A stretch of 64,000 bases of DNA from an uncultured Acidimicrobiales bacterium (GCA_951813555.1 OX638344.1:1887076-1951075); one strand, 5' to 3'. Counted from the first letter of the stretch, positions 27,199-37,030 are shown. The notes: generated by a model not told the origin, from the sequence alone. Numbers and translations are program-made.

Positions 27199-28875
27199 TT
27201 AGCGGGAATCGATCACGAGTCCCGGCGCGGCGCCTTCTAGGTCGAGGCCGTTGCGGCGGGTGGGGGTGCCGTTTATCCAGATGTGCTCTATGCCCTGGCT
27301 GCGAGCAATCAGACGATCGCCGTCAGCGGGGAAATCCCAGGCCCGCTCGGGGTGGGTTTCGCCGACGGTGTCGGCATCGAAAGCCACCAGGTCGGCGGCT
27401 TTGCCCACCTCAACCGTGCCTCGGTCGGCTAGCCCCCACAGATGTGCCGGTTGGCCGCTCATTCGCCACACCGCTTGTTCCAGGGTCATGGCCTGCTCCT
27501 CTCGCACCCAATAGCGCAGGGTGTAGCTCGGGTAGCAGGAGTCGCACAGCATGTCGACGTGGGCACCGGCGTCGTGGGCGCCGAGAACGGTGCGGGGATC
27601 GGTGACGAGCTCGGTCAGCTCGGCCTTGTCGGTACGGGGCAGGTTGCGGAACCGTGTGGTCAAGTTGTCTTCCAGAGCCAGGTCCAGCATCACTTCCAGC
27701 GGATGGCCGCCTCGAGCGGCAGCCACATCGGCCAGGGGAACACCCCGCAGGTCGAAGTGGCAGCCAGTCTCCTCTACCGAGGTGCGGCGGAAGTAGCCGT
27801 CGATGTCACCGTCGAGGAAGTCAGTTTGGTCTGCGATGGACTCCATCTGGCGCTGGGCCCGCTCCCGCCAAGCGGGGTCGGAATAGGCCGTGGCCATGGC
27901 TTCGACGCCTCGGCCCAGAACTTCGGCGAACGCCGGAATCCGGCTCCATTGGTAGGGGTTCTCCAGGCTCATCTGGGTGGTGATGAACCGGGTGCTTGTC
28001 TGGGGCCACAGCTGGCCGCCGACGGAGGTGCCCCGCTCCAGCATGTCCATGGCCGAACCGGCCGGGCCGAACAGGCCGGGCAGCACCGCGCCCCAGGTAA
28101 TCGGCACGCCGTGTTTCTTGGACAACTGGGCCACTTCCTCGATCTCCATCAGCGGCCCATAGGTGATCTCGATGATGCCCCGGCCAACCTCGGCCAGGGT
28201 TTCCACCAGGGCGGCCACCTCTCGAACGTCGGCGAACCGGCTGGGCACCGGCCGGCCCTGTGGCCCCTGGTGCGACGGCGCCTGGGAGGTGGAGATGCCC
28301 ACCGCCCCCGCGTCCATGGCCTCCCGGATGATCCGGCGGATCTCGTCCAGCTCGGCATCGGTGGCAATGCGGGAGAACGCGGCGTCGGGACCCATTACGT
28401 AGAGCCGCACCATGCTGTGGGGCACGAATGCGCCCAGGTTGATCCGCTTGGGCAGGGCTCGCACGGCATCCAAGTATTGGGGGAACGTCTCGAAACACCA
28501 GTCGATGCCCTCCCGCAGGGTATCGACCCGCATCCCCTCCACCAGCTCCAGCGTCTCCATGACAAGGTCGCGGTCTTGCGGCCTGGTGGGGGCCACCCCG
28601 AATCCGCAGTTCCCCTGCACCACGGTGGTGACGCCGTGCCATGAAGACGGGGTGAGGTCGGGATCCCAGAACACCTGGGCGTCAAAGTGGGTGTGGATGT
28701 CCACGAACCCCGGCGAAACGACCAAACCCGACACGTCTACTTCGGTACTGCCGCCGCAGCGGGGGATGTCGCCCACCGCGGCGATCCGCCCGCCGGCCAC
28801 CTCCACATCAGCCCGCCGCGCCGGATCGCCGGTGCCGTCGACGACGATTCCCCCTCGCAGTGTGAAGTGCTCCAT
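27199..28875 (-). CDS. N-acyl-D-amino-acid deacylase (D-aminoacylase) family amidohydrolase
   Basis: 558 aa. N-terminal GGIVVDGTG...GRIAAVGD...SPGFVDIHTHFD. Confidence 0.8.
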   Translation of the reverse strand: MEHFTLRGGIVVDGTGDPARRADVEVAGGRIAAVGDIPRCGGSTEVDVSGLVVSPGFVDIHTHFDAQVFWDPDLTPSSWHGVTTVVQGNCGFGVAPTRPQDRDLVMETLELVEGMRVDTLREGIDWCFETFPQYLDAVRALPKRINLGAFVPHSMVRLYVMGPDAAFSRIATDAELDEIRRIIREAMDAGAVGISTSQAPSHQGPQGRPVPSRFADVREVAALVETLAEVGRGIIEITYGPLMEIEEVAQLSKKHGVPITWGAVLPGLFGPAGSAMDMLERGTSVGGQLWPQTSTRFITTQMSLENPYQWSRIPAFAEVLGRGVEAMATAYSDPAWRERAQRQMESIADQTDFLDGDIDGYFRRTSVEETGCHFDLRGVPLADVAAARGGHPLEVMLDLALEDNLTTRFRNLPRTDKAELTELVTDPRTVLGAHDAGAHVDMLCDSCYPSYTLRYWVREEQAMTLEQAVWRMSGQPAHLWGLADRGTVEVGKAADLVAFDADTVGETHPERAWDFPADGDRLIARSQGIEHIWINGTPTRRNGLDLEGAAPGLVIDSR

Positions 28876-28947
28876 GCCAGACTCCCCGAACTCAATGCTC
28901 CTGGAACCCTACTCCCGCCCCGTTTCCAGCCGGGCGCTCGGGCTGGG

Positions 28948-29808
28948 TCAGCTGTGGAGGAGGGCTTGTTGCCAGGCGGCGGTGGGCTCTACTTGGTTGA
29001 AGGTGAAGATGTGGAGGCTGATTATGCCGAGCGGAGTTAACTGGCTGCTTAGGGCATCCAGCAGGTCGGAGGGGTCGTGGGCCGATGAGCCCAGCAGCTT
29101 GGCCACCGATCGGCGGTTCTTGCGGAGATAGCGCAGTGACTGGCCGACTCCGAGGCGGGCGCCGATGGTGAGCAGCCTGGTCCGCTCAACTGCGCCGGGG
29201 ATGCCCAGGTGTACCGGCAGCGTCAGCCCGTCGCTCCTCTCGGCCTTCAACCAGGCGATGATCCTGGCCGGGTCGAAGCACATCTGAGTGCTGCAAAAGC
29301 CCCGCAGCCCGGCCTCGGCCAGAAGATCCTGCTTGGCGAACAGGGCATCTCGGCGCACGTCCTCGCTGATGAGGGGATGGCCGTCGGGATATGCCGCCAC
29401 GCCAACCGTGCACAAGCCGTGATCGTGCTCGAACAGGTTCTGCATGAAGCTGAGGGCGTCGGGATAGGCCCCCGGGTCGGTGGCGTCGCCGCCGATCACG
29501 AAGGCGGTGGTCACCTCGTTGTCCTTGGCCCAGGCGGCCAGGTCTTTGACTTGGCCGCGGTCTCTCATCAGCCGGGCCGAGAAATGGGGAATGGCGTAGT
29601 GGCCGCGATCAATAAGCAGTTCGGCCAATTCCAGCGTGGCATCTTGTCCCTTGGTGGCCGATGCGGTCACCGAAACCCTTGATTTCTCGGGCAGCGCGTC
29701 AATGGCTTCAACTGCGTTGTTCAGGGGAATTATCTCGAAAACCGCGCTCCGGACGATTTCTTGGACATCCAGATTAGGACCGGTCGGATGCGGTTCTTCC
29801 CACTGCAT
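28948..29808 (-). CDS. Methylenetetrahydrofolate reductase (MetF-like)
   Basis: MTHFR-like sequence (FEIIPLNNA..., HFSARLM..., TAFVIGGDA). Start moved to ATG 29806-29808 (MQWEEPHP) because the longer ORF would run through the operator palindromes at 29824-29857. Confidence 0.75.
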   Translation of the reverse strand: MQWEEPHPTGPNLDVQEIVRSAVFEIIPLNNAVEAIDALPEKSRVSVTASATKGQDATLELAELLIDRGHYAIPHFSARLMRDRGQVKDLAAWAKDNEVTTAFVIGGDATDPGAYPDALSFMQNLFEHDHGLCTVGVAAYPDGHPLISEDVRRDALFAKQDLLAEAGLRGFCSTQMCFDPARIIAWLKAERSDGLTLPVHLGIPGAVERTRLLTIGARLGVGQSLRYLRKNRRSVAKLLGSSAHDPSDLLDALSSQLTPLGIISLHIFTFNQVEPTAAWQQALLHS

Positions 29809-29823
29809 TAGACTGCCCAAGTC

Positions 29824-29857
29824 GTTCCGCATAACGGAACTGTACCATAATACGGAC
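29824..29857. promoter_or_regulatory. Paired operator-like palindromes in the MTHFR/DMGDH divergent intergenic region
   Basis: GTTCCGCATAACGGAAC (29824-29840), followed by GTACCATAATACGGAC (29842-29857). Related boxes occur at 37001-37017 and 55719-55753. Confidence 0.5.
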
Positions 29858-29930
29858 CAGGAGTGCAACGCTTGGGGGAGCGCAGCACTACCATTTGGGA
29901 GCTAGCTGGGCATCATGATGGAGGCAGGAC

Positions 29931-32462
29931 ATGGCTGAGGTCCCCGAGAAGGCCAAGTGCGTCGTTATCGGCGCGGGAATCGTGGGCAACTGCCTGGTCG
30001 GGCACCTGAGCAAGCTGGGGTGGACCGATCTGGTGTTGCTGGACAAGGGCCCGCTGCCCAACCCCGGAGGATCCACTGGCCACGCCTCCAACTTCATCTT
30101 CCCGGTGGACCACAACAAGGAGATGTGCCTGCTGGGGGTGCAAAGCGCAAACCAGTATCGCGACCTGGGGCTTTCCGTTGACTCCGGCGGCATCGAGGTG
30201 GCCCGGACCCAAGAGCGCGTCGACGAGCTCAAGCGGCGCATGACCTCGGCCACCGCCTGGGGGGTGGAGGCCCACCTTTTGACCCCCGAAGAGGTGAAAG
30301 AGCTGGTGCCGTTCGTCAACACCGACATCGTTTTGGAGGGCTTCTACTGCCCCACGGTGTCGGTGGTGGACTCGCTGGAGACCGGCACCCAGATGCGCAA
30401 TGTGGCCGTGAACGGGGGCTGCCATGTGGCGGCCAACACCGAGGTGCTCGACATAATCACCGAAGACGGTCCCAACCCCGGCGACCGCACCGTCAAAGCA
30501 GTGGTCACCGACAAGGGCACCATCGAGACCGAATACGTGGTGATCGCCTGCGGCGTGTGGTCGAACCGGGTGGCCAACATGGCCGACGCCTACATCCCCC
30601 TGGTGCCCGCCGTGCACCAGATGGTGGACGTCGGCCCGCTTGACATCCTGGCCGAGACCAACAACGAGATCGGCTACCCCATCGTTAGGGACATGGACAC
30701 CTTCTGCTACGAGCGCCAGTCGGCCGGGTCGATGGAGGTGGGGTCGTATGCCCACCGGCCCATCTTCCACCACCCCGACGAGATCCCCTCCAACGAGGAG
30801 GCCGCCCTTTCGCCCACCGAGATGCCGTTCACTGCCGATGACTTCGACCTCCAGATGGAGCAGGCCATCGACCTGATCGACATGCTGGGCGACGCCGAGA
30901 TCAAATACGCCATCAACGGCCTGCTGTCGCTCACCCCCGACGCCATGCCGTGTTTGGGAGAGCTGCCCGAAGTCCGCAACCTGTGGTCGGCCGCGGCCAT
31001 CTGGGTCAAGGAGGGGCCGGGCATGGCCCAGGTGGTGGCCGAGTGGATGACCTTCGGCTACCCCCGGGTGATCGACGTCCACGGCGCCGACGTGTCCCGC
31101 TTCTACGCCGAGGAGCGGGGCGACGATCACATCTGGGCCCGCTCCGCGGAGCACTTCAACAAGACCTACGGCATCGTGCATCCCCAAGAGCAGTGGGAGA
31201 GCCGTCGCAACCTCCGGGTCAGCCCCTACTTCTCCCGCCAGCAGGAACTGGCGGCCGAGTTCTTCCAGGCCCGCACCTGGGAGCGGCCCCAGTGGTTCGA
31301 GTCCAACGCCGATCTGGTGGACCGCTACGAGGTTGAGGGCCGGGAGGTGGAATGGGACGCCAGGTGGTGGAGCCCCATCACCGTGGCCGAGCACCTAAAC
31401 CTGCGGGAGAACTGCGGGATGGTGGACCTGAGCGCCTTTCAGATCTTCGAGCTGAGCGGGCCGGGCGCGGTGGCCTACGCCGACTATCTGGCGGTCAACA
31501 AGGTGGACGTGGCAGTGGGCCGTTCCATTTACACCCCGTGGTTGACTCCCGACGGCGGGTTCCACTCCGACCTGACCATGATGCGGATGGGCACCGAGCG
31601 GGTGCGCATTGTCACCGGTGTGTTCGACGGCGGCCGCGACGAGTTCTGGGCCCGCCGCCACCTGCCCACCGATGGGTCGGTGAGCTTTGCCAACATCACC
31701 GATCAGATCACCACCCTCGGGGTGTGGGGCCCCAATGCCCCCCAGGTGATCGGCGCGCTCACCAGCCAAGACCTCAGCCAGGCTGGGTCGCCCTATGGCT
31801 CGCTGGTGGAGGTGGAGCTGAACTGCGGGGGTCGCACCATTGAGGCCACGCTGTTTCGCATCTCCTATGTGGGCGACACCGGCTGGGAGATCTACGCCGC
31901 CTGGGACGACGGCCCCGCGCTGTGGGACGCGCTCATAGCGGTGGGCGCCGACTACGGACTGCGCGCCACCGGCGGCGGGGTGTACGGCACTTCGGGGCGC
32001 CTGGAGAAGGGCTACCGGCTCATGGGGGCCGAGCTGGAGAGCGAATACAACCCGCTGGAGGCCGGCCTAGCCCGGCCCAAGGTGAAGGCCGCGCCGTTCA
32101 TCGGCAAGGAGGCCTACCTGGCGGCTCGAGAAGCCGGCGATCCCGAGGTGTCGATGTGCGTGCTCACTGTGGAGGACCTGGCTGACAGCCAGGGCCGCAA
32201 GCGCTATATGCAGGGGGGCAACGAGCCCATCTTGACCCAAGACGGCCAGCGGATCACCGACTCCCACGGACGGGTGTCGCGGGTGACCACCGCGGGGCCG
32301 GGGCCGTCGGTGGGCAAGCACCTGCTGATGGCCTATCTCCCTGCCGAGCTGGCTCAGCCGGGCACCGATCTCCAGGTGATGTACATGAACGAGCTGTTCC
32401 CGGTGAGGGTGGCCGGCACCGGCGCGGTGTTCGATCCCGAAGACACCCGGATGAGGGGATAG
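29931..32462 (+). CDS. Dimethylglycine (or sarcosine) dehydrogenase, FAD-dependent with GcvT-like folate domain
   Basis: 843 aa. Contains VVIGAGIVGNCL, a covalent-FAD-type STGHASNF motif, and a C-terminal aminomethyltransferase-like domain. Confidence 0.85.
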   Translation: MAEVPEKAKCVVIGAGIVGNCLVGHLSKLGWTDLVLLDKGPLPNPGGSTGHASNFIFPVDHNKEMCLLGVQSANQYRDLGLSVDSGGIEVARTQERVDELKRRMTSATAWGVEAHLLTPEEVKELVPFVNTDIVLEGFYCPTVSVVDSLETGTQMRNVAVNGGCHVAANTEVLDIITEDGPNPGDRTVKAVVTDKGTIETEYVVIACGVWSNRVANMADAYIPLVPAVHQMVDVGPLDILAETNNEIGYPIVRDMDTFCYERQSAGSMEVGSYAHRPIFHHPDEIPSNEEAALSPTEMPFTADDFDLQMEQAIDLIDMLGDAEIKYAINGLLSLTPDAMPCLGELPEVRNLWSAAAIWVKEGPGMAQVVAEWMTFGYPRVIDVHGADVSRFYAEERGDDHIWARSAEHFNKTYGIVHPQEQWESRRNLRVSPYFSRQQELAAEFFQARTWERPQWFESNADLVDRYEVEGREVEWDARWWSPITVAEHLNLRENCGMVDLSAFQIFELSGPGAVAYADYLAVNKVDVAVGRSIYTPWLTPDGGFHSDLTMMRMGTERVRIVTGVFDGGRDEFWARRHLPTDGSVSFANITDQITTLGVWGPNAPQVIGALTSQDLSQAGSPYGSLVEVELNCGGRTIEATLFRISYVGDTGWEIYAAWDDGPALWDALIAVGADYGLRATGGGVYGTSGRLEKGYRLMGAELESEYNPLEAGLARPKVKAAPFIGKEAYLAAREAGDPEVSMCVLTVEDLADSQGRKRYMQGGNEPILTQDGQRITDSHGRVSRVTTAGPGPSVGKHLLMAYLPAELAQPGTDLQVMYMNELFPVRVAGTGAVFDPEDTRMRG

Positions 32463-32475
32463 CGGAGCAGTCGCC

Positions 32476-33252
32476 ATGAGGATCTTGTGCTGCGTCAAGC
32501 GGGTTGCGGCGCCCGGGGCCAAGATAAACGTGACCGACGACGGCCTGGCGGTGGACGCCACTCATCTGGGCTTCGCCACCAGCCCCCATGAGGAGTGCGG
32601 GGTGGAGGAGGCGGTGCAGCTCACCGAGCGCCACGGCGGCGAGGTGACCGTGCTGACGCTGGGACCGCCGGAGGCGGCCGACCAGCTGCGCTATGCCGCC
32701 TCGGTGGGCGCCCACCACGGGGTGCTGGTGGCCACCGACGGCTCAGCCTGGGATCCCCAGCGCACCGCCGCCGCGCTCACCGAGGCCATCCAAGACTTGG
32801 AGGCGGCCGACGGCCCCTTCGACCTGCTGGTGTTCGGCAACGAGTCGGCCGACTCCGGGGGCTTCCAGGTAGGGGTGCGGGTGGCCTACGCCCTGGGCCG
32901 TCCCATCGTCAACGGCATCAAGGGCATCGAGGCGGATTTCGAGTCCGGCGATGGGGAGGTGCGGGCTCGAAGGGAGATCGACGGCGGTTTCGAGGTGTAC
33001 GAGCTGCCCATGCCGGCGGCGGTCGGAGTCAAAGAGGGCATCAACCTGCCCCGGTACCCCACCATGAGGGGTCGGCTGGCGTCCAAGAAACTGGAGATCG
33101 CAGAGGTGGCCTCCGAGGCCGAGTCCGGCGGGCAGTCGCTGGTGCGGCTGCACCGGCCCCGCGAGGCGGTCACCGAGACAGTGGTATTGGGGAACGGCCC
33201 CGAAGCCGCGCCTGCCGTGGTGGACATGCTCGAAGAACTGGGCGTGCTGTGA
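32476..33252 (+). CDS. etfB: Electron transfer flavoprotein beta subunit
   Basis: 258 aa. MRILCCVKRV...ATSPHEE is a typical EtfB N-terminus. Confidence 0.9.
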   Translation: MRILCCVKRVAAPGAKINVTDDGLAVDATHLGFATSPHEECGVEEAVQLTERHGGEVTVLTLGPPEAADQLRYAASVGAHHGVLVATDGSAWDPQRTAAALTEAIQDLEAADGPFDLLVFGNESADSGGFQVGVRVAYALGRPIVNGIKGIEADFESGDGEVRARREIDGGFEVYELPMPAAVGVKEGINLPRYPTMRGRLASKKLEIAEVASEAESGGQSLVRLHRPREAVTETVVLGNGPEAAPAVVDMLEELGVL

Positions 33253-34229
33253 TGCTGCTCGTGGTGCTGGAGAACGACCGAGGCTCCATGGACGAGGCTG
33301 CTCGGGAGGCGTTGACCTTCGGGCGGGGGCTGGCAGCCCAGATGGGGATGCCGCTTCATGGCGCGCTCATCGGTGCCGACGATGCCGAGATGGTGTCCGA
33401 GGCCGGGGCCTACGGCGCCGAGGCGGTCTACACCGTTGCCCACGAGGTTTTGGCCGACTTCGGCCCTGAAGCATGGGGTGAGGCGGCAGCCGAGCTGGTG
33501 CGGCGTCTGGGTCCGGGCGCGGTGCTGGCCGGGGGCAGCGAGCGGGGCAACGAGGTCATGGCCCAGGCGGCTGCCCGCCTAGATCTGCCCCTGGTGGCCA
33601 ACTGCATCGGGGTGCAACCCGACGAAGGGGCAGGGGAGTGGACCATGACCCGTCAGCAATGGGGTGGGTCGCTGCTGGAAGACGCCAAGCTTGTATCTGA
33701 GCTGCCGATGATGACCACCGGCCTGCACGCGGTGGCTGCCAAGCCGTCCGAGTCGGCAGTGGAGCCCGTGGCCGAGGCAGTGGAGGTCGACTTGGACCAG
33801 TCGCTGGCCCGCACCATGGTCAAAGACCGGGTGGTGCTGGAGGCCGGGGTCACCCTGTCGACCGCGCCGGTGGTGATCGGCGGCGGTCGGGGGGTGGGAT
33901 CGGCCGAGGCGTTCGCTCCGCTTGAGGAACTGGCCGCCATGCTGGGAGGCCGGGTGGGTTGCAGCCGGGCGGTGACCAACAACGGCTGGCGGCCCCACTC
34001 CGACCAGGTGGGCCAGACCGGCACCCGCATCACCCCCGAGATCTACATCGCCTCGGGCATCTCCGGTGCTATCCAGCACTGGGTGGGGGCCAAAGCCAGC
34101 AAGCACATCTTGGCCATAAACATCGACCCCGAAGCCAACATGGTGGTCAAAGCCGACTGGGCCGTCATCGCCGACCTCCACGAGGTAATCCCCGCCATCA
34201 CCGAAGAAATCAAACGCCGCCGCGCCTGA
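33252..34229 (+). CDS. etfA: Electron transfer flavoprotein alpha subunit
   Basis: The ATG shares one nt with the etfB TGA (TGATG). The EtfA C-terminal FAD motif IYIASGISGAIQH is present. The 544-aa track ORF is an out-of-frame upstream extension. Confidence 0.9.
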   Translation: MLLVVLENDRGSMDEAAREALTFGRGLAAQMGMPLHGALIGADDAEMVSEAGAYGAEAVYTVAHEVLADFGPEAWGEAAAELVRRLGPGAVLAGGSERGNEVMAQAAARLDLPLVANCIGVQPDEGAGEWTMTRQQWGGSLLEDAKLVSELPMMTTGLHAVAAKPSESAVEPVAEAVEVDLDQSLARTMVKDRVVLEAGVTLSTAPVVIGGGRGVGSAEAFAPLEELAAMLGGRVGCSRAVTNNGWRPHSDQVGQTGTRITPEIYIASGISGAIQHWVGAKASKHILAINIDPEANMVVKADWAVIADLHEVIPAITEEIKRRRA

Positions 34230-34241
34230 CGTTTGCCGGGC

Positions 34242-35432
34242 TCAGCAGCCCTTGTAGTTGAGGACGGCGGTGAGGCGGTGGTCTACGTCAACGAGGTCTC
34301 GCTGGGCTTCCATCACCGCGGCGATGGAGCGGTAGGCGCCGGGGGCCTCGTCGGTCAGCTTGTCGGCCTGGTCGGCCTGCCAGGTTCGCCCGGCCATCAG
34401 CTCGGTGAGTTCCTCGGGGGTGATCTCCCGCTTGGCCCGGGTGCGGCTCATCAGCCGCCCCGCGCCGTGCGACGCTGAGTGGTAAGACTGGGAGCATCCC
34501 CTTCCCGACACGATGTAGGTGTCGTCTCCCATGCTGCCGGGAATGACTCCCCGGTCACCCTCGCGTGCCCGGATGGCTCCCTTGCGCGTCACCCACATCA
34601 CCGCACCGCCGTGAGTTTCCTTTTCGGCGTAGTTGTGGTGGCAGTCGATGGTGTCGGCCGAGGTGAAGTCCAGGCCGGTGGCGGCTCGCAGCGCGCCCAA
34701 CACCGCCTCGGTCATTAGCGACCGGTTGGCCCGGGCGTAGTCCTGGGCCCACAGCATGTCGGCTATGTAGGCGTCGAACCCGTCGTCGCCCTCGATCAGG
34801 TAGGCCAGGTCGAGGTCTTCCAGTTCCCGGCCCGCCTTCCGGCAGGTCTTCTGCGCAGCCTTGATGTGCATTTTGGCCAGGGCGTTGCCCACGCCCCGCG
34901 ATCCGGAGTGCAGCATCACCCATACGCCGTCTTCGGCGTCCAGGCTCATCTCAATGAAGTGGTTGCCACCACCCAGGGTGCCGAGCTGGGCACCCATCTT
35001 GGCCTTGACCTTGTTGTGGACTGCCGCCTTGTTGGGGAGGCGATGGTTTCGCAGCCAGTCGCGAGCCGCCATGGTGGCCTCCGAGTGGGCGTTGAATCCC
35101 GAGGGCACCGCGGCGGCAACTGCGTCAAGGGCTCCGTTTAGGTTGTCCGGCAGCTGCGACGCGGTATGCGAAGTGCGGACCGCGGTCATCCCGCAGCCCA
35201 AGTCCACGCCCACCGCGGCGGGAATGATGGCCGCTTCGGTGGGGATCACCGATCCGATGGTGGCCCCCATACCTATGTGGGCGTCAGCCATCAGCGCCAC
35301 CGGCCCCGATACCGCCGGGCTGCGGGCCGTCCGCTGAGCCTGCACCAAGGTTTCCGCTTCCGCGTCGAACGCCCAGCTCACCACCGAGCGTCCTGCCCCC
35401 GCTTCCACTGTCACCGGCCCGTTCCCGCTCAT
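34242..35432 (-). CDS. rtcB: RNA-splicing ligase RtcB
   Basis: Motifs MADAHIGMGATIGSV, GGGNHFIE and the SASHGAG... C-terminal part. Start at ATG 35430-35432 (MSGNGPV). Confidence 0.9.
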   Translation of the reverse strand: MSGNGPVTVEAGAGRSVVSWAFDAEAETLVQAQRTARSPAVSGPVALMADAHIGMGATIGSVIPTEAAIIPAAVGVDLGCGMTAVRTSHTASQLPDNLNGALDAVAAAVPSGFNAHSEATMAARDWLRNHRLPNKAAVHNKVKAKMGAQLGTLGGGNHFIEMSLDAEDGVWVMLHSGSRGVGNALAKMHIKAAQKTCRKAGRELEDLDLAYLIEGDDGFDAYIADMLWAQDYARANRSLMTEAVLGALRAATGLDFTSADTIDCHHNYAEKETHGGAVMWVTRKGAIRAREGDRGVIPGSMGDDTYIVSGRGCSQSYHSASHGAGRLMSRTRAKREITPEELTELMAGRTWQADQADKLTDEAPGAYRSIAAVMEAQRDLVDVDHRLTAVLNYKGC

Positions 35433-35473
35433 CGCCCCATTCTTTAGGATTTCAGGCACCGCGCCCCAGTGAT

Positions 35474-35902
35474 TTACCCGTCTGTAACTCTTAGCCCTTC
35501 GAGTTCCGCTGCTTCTGACAGGCGGCGGTCCAAGCACATGAACGACAGAGGCCGTCCGTCTAGCTGCTCATTGACCAACAAGGCCGCACCAAGCTGTCCC
35601 GCGTCTGCGGCCCTCAAGGGGTGCCGGGCCAGGAGCAAACTGGCACGCGACCTCACTGCCAAGACCTCGGTGACCTCATCCCAGGTGTCTGCGAAGGTGT
35701 CCAACCGCTCAAGCACCTGTCGCCGATCTCGACGCGAAACCGCACCCTCTCGGGCCCGCCGCTCGATTGCACTGGCAATTTCCACACGTGTCCACGCCCA
35801 CGTAACGATTTCGCTGTCCTCGGCGAGCCAGGTTCGGGCCAGTTCGGTGCTCGGTTCCGAGACGACCAGAGGGACAAGCGCTGACGCGTCCCAGTACCTC
35901 AC
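35474..35902 (-). CDS. vapC: PIN-domain toxin VapC
   Basis: 142 aa. The N-terminal YWDASALV is typical of the PIN Asp. 4-nt overlap with the upstream antitoxin. Confidence 0.8.
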   Translation of the reverse strand: MRYWDASALVPLVVSEPSTELARTWLAEDSEIVTWAWTRVEIASAIERRAREGAVSRRDRRQVLERLDTFADTWDEVTEVLAVRSRASLLLARHPLRAADAGQLGAALLVNEQLDGRPLSFMCLDRRLSEAAELEGLRVTDG

Positions 35903-36177
35903 AAGCGGTCGGCGCGGTCTTGATCCAGAGCTTCGGAGATGCTGGTTTGCAGCATTGGAGGCGACTCTTCCAGGATCGCGGCCGAATCTCCTTGGCCGGG
36001 GCGCAGAACCCCCGTGCTGATCAGCCGCTCCCTGTGGCTATCGCCGGAGAGGGCCGGGGGAACCAGCCGGGCGACCGGCTTTCCCCGGTCAAGAATTTGA
36101 ATCTCGCCACCACGCCGAACCTCACGAAGGTGGCGTGACAAGTTCGCCTTCAACTCAGAAACCGATACTGAACTCAT
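35899..36177 (-). CDS. Phd/YefM-type antitoxin
   Basis: MSSVSVSELKANLSRHLREVRRGGEIQILDRGKPVARLV is a typical Phd/YefM N-terminus. Start at ATG 36175-36177. Confidence 0.7.
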   Translation of the reverse strand: MSSVSVSELKANLSRHLREVRRGGEIQILDRGKPVARLVPPALSGDSHRERLISTGVLRPGQGDSAAILEESPPMLQTSISEALDQDRADRL

Positions 36178-36228
36178 CTTGACTAGTCTAGTCTTTTGAA
36201 CTTGACTATCACGGGCTGATAACAAGTC

Positions 36229-36972
36229 TCAGGCGGTGAGCTGGGCGGCGAGGCGGTTGGCGGCGGCTACTAGGGCGAGGCCGTGGTCGTGGGCTATGTC
36301 GGGGTCGGGGTAGCGGTAGGCGGGGCCGTGGACGTGGAGAGCGGCCAGTGGGAGACCGTCTTCGCCCAGTACGGGGGCGGCCACCGCGTTGATGCCCTCG
36401 GCGAATTCCTCGTAACCCCAGGCGTAGCCCAGGCTGCGGGCTTGGATCAGACGCTCCCGAAGCATGTCGGGATCGAGGTTGGTCCACGGGGTGCACTGCT
36501 CCAGCGGATGAGCCAGATAGGCCTCCTGCTCGTCGGCGGGCAGGTGGGCCAGCATGACCACCCCGGACGACACTGAGTGAAGGGGGGCGTACTCGCCGGT
36601 CCAGTCCCGCATCTGCACATCCGACGACGACTCGGTGTGGTCGAGGTAGTAGATCTGGCCGTTTTCGATGATCGACAGGCCGGCCACCTCTCCCAGCGAC
36701 TCCGCCAGCTCCAGCAGATGGGGCCGGGCGGCGGCGATGAGGCTGCGGCCTGCGGGCACTGCGCCGGCGATATCGATCACGCCATCTCCGATCCGGTAGG
36801 GCCCTCCAGCCTCGACCTGTTCCACTGCGCCCTCAGACTCCAGCGCAGCCAACAGCCGGGCCACCGTGCTCTTGGGCAACTCAACCCGATCGGCTAGATC
36901 GGTTACTCCCAACGGCCCTTGGGCCAGCGTGCGCAGCAGCAAGAACGCCCGCTCAACCGATTGCACCGCCAT
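36229..36972 (-). CDS. IclR-family transcriptional regulator
   Basis: 247 aa. N-terminal winged HTH (VQSVERAFLLLRTLAQGPLGVTDLADRVELPKSTVARLL) plus an IclR effector domain. Confidence 0.85.
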   Translation of the reverse strand: MAVQSVERAFLLLRTLAQGPLGVTDLADRVELPKSTVARLLAALESEGAVEQVEAGGPYRIGDGVIDIAGAVPAGRSLIAAARPHLLELAESLGEVAGLSIIENGQIYYLDHTESSSDVQMRDWTGEYAPLHSVSSGVVMLAHLPADEQEAYLAHPLEQCTPWTNLDPDMLRERLIQARSLGYAWGYEEFAEGINAVAAPVLGEDGLPLAALHVHGPAYRYPDPDIAHDHGLALVAAANRLAAQLTA

Positions 36973-37000
36973 TCCCGCAGGATACCGAGGCTTTGAGACC

Positions 37001-37017
37001 GTTCCGCAATGCGGAAC
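37001..37017. promoter_or_regulatory. Perfect 17-bp palindrome, candidate IclR autoregulatory operator
   Basis: GTTCCGCAATGCGGAAC lies 29 nt upstream of the IclR ATG. Confidence 0.5.
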
Positions 37018-37030
37018 AGGATTTGTCGGC

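Noticed and set aside
29913-31394. 493-aa minus-strand ORF opposite the DMGDH gene
   Set aside because: It is a shadow ORF antisense to a confidently identified 843-aa DMGDH. It is low-complexity and Gly/Val/His/Asp-rich.
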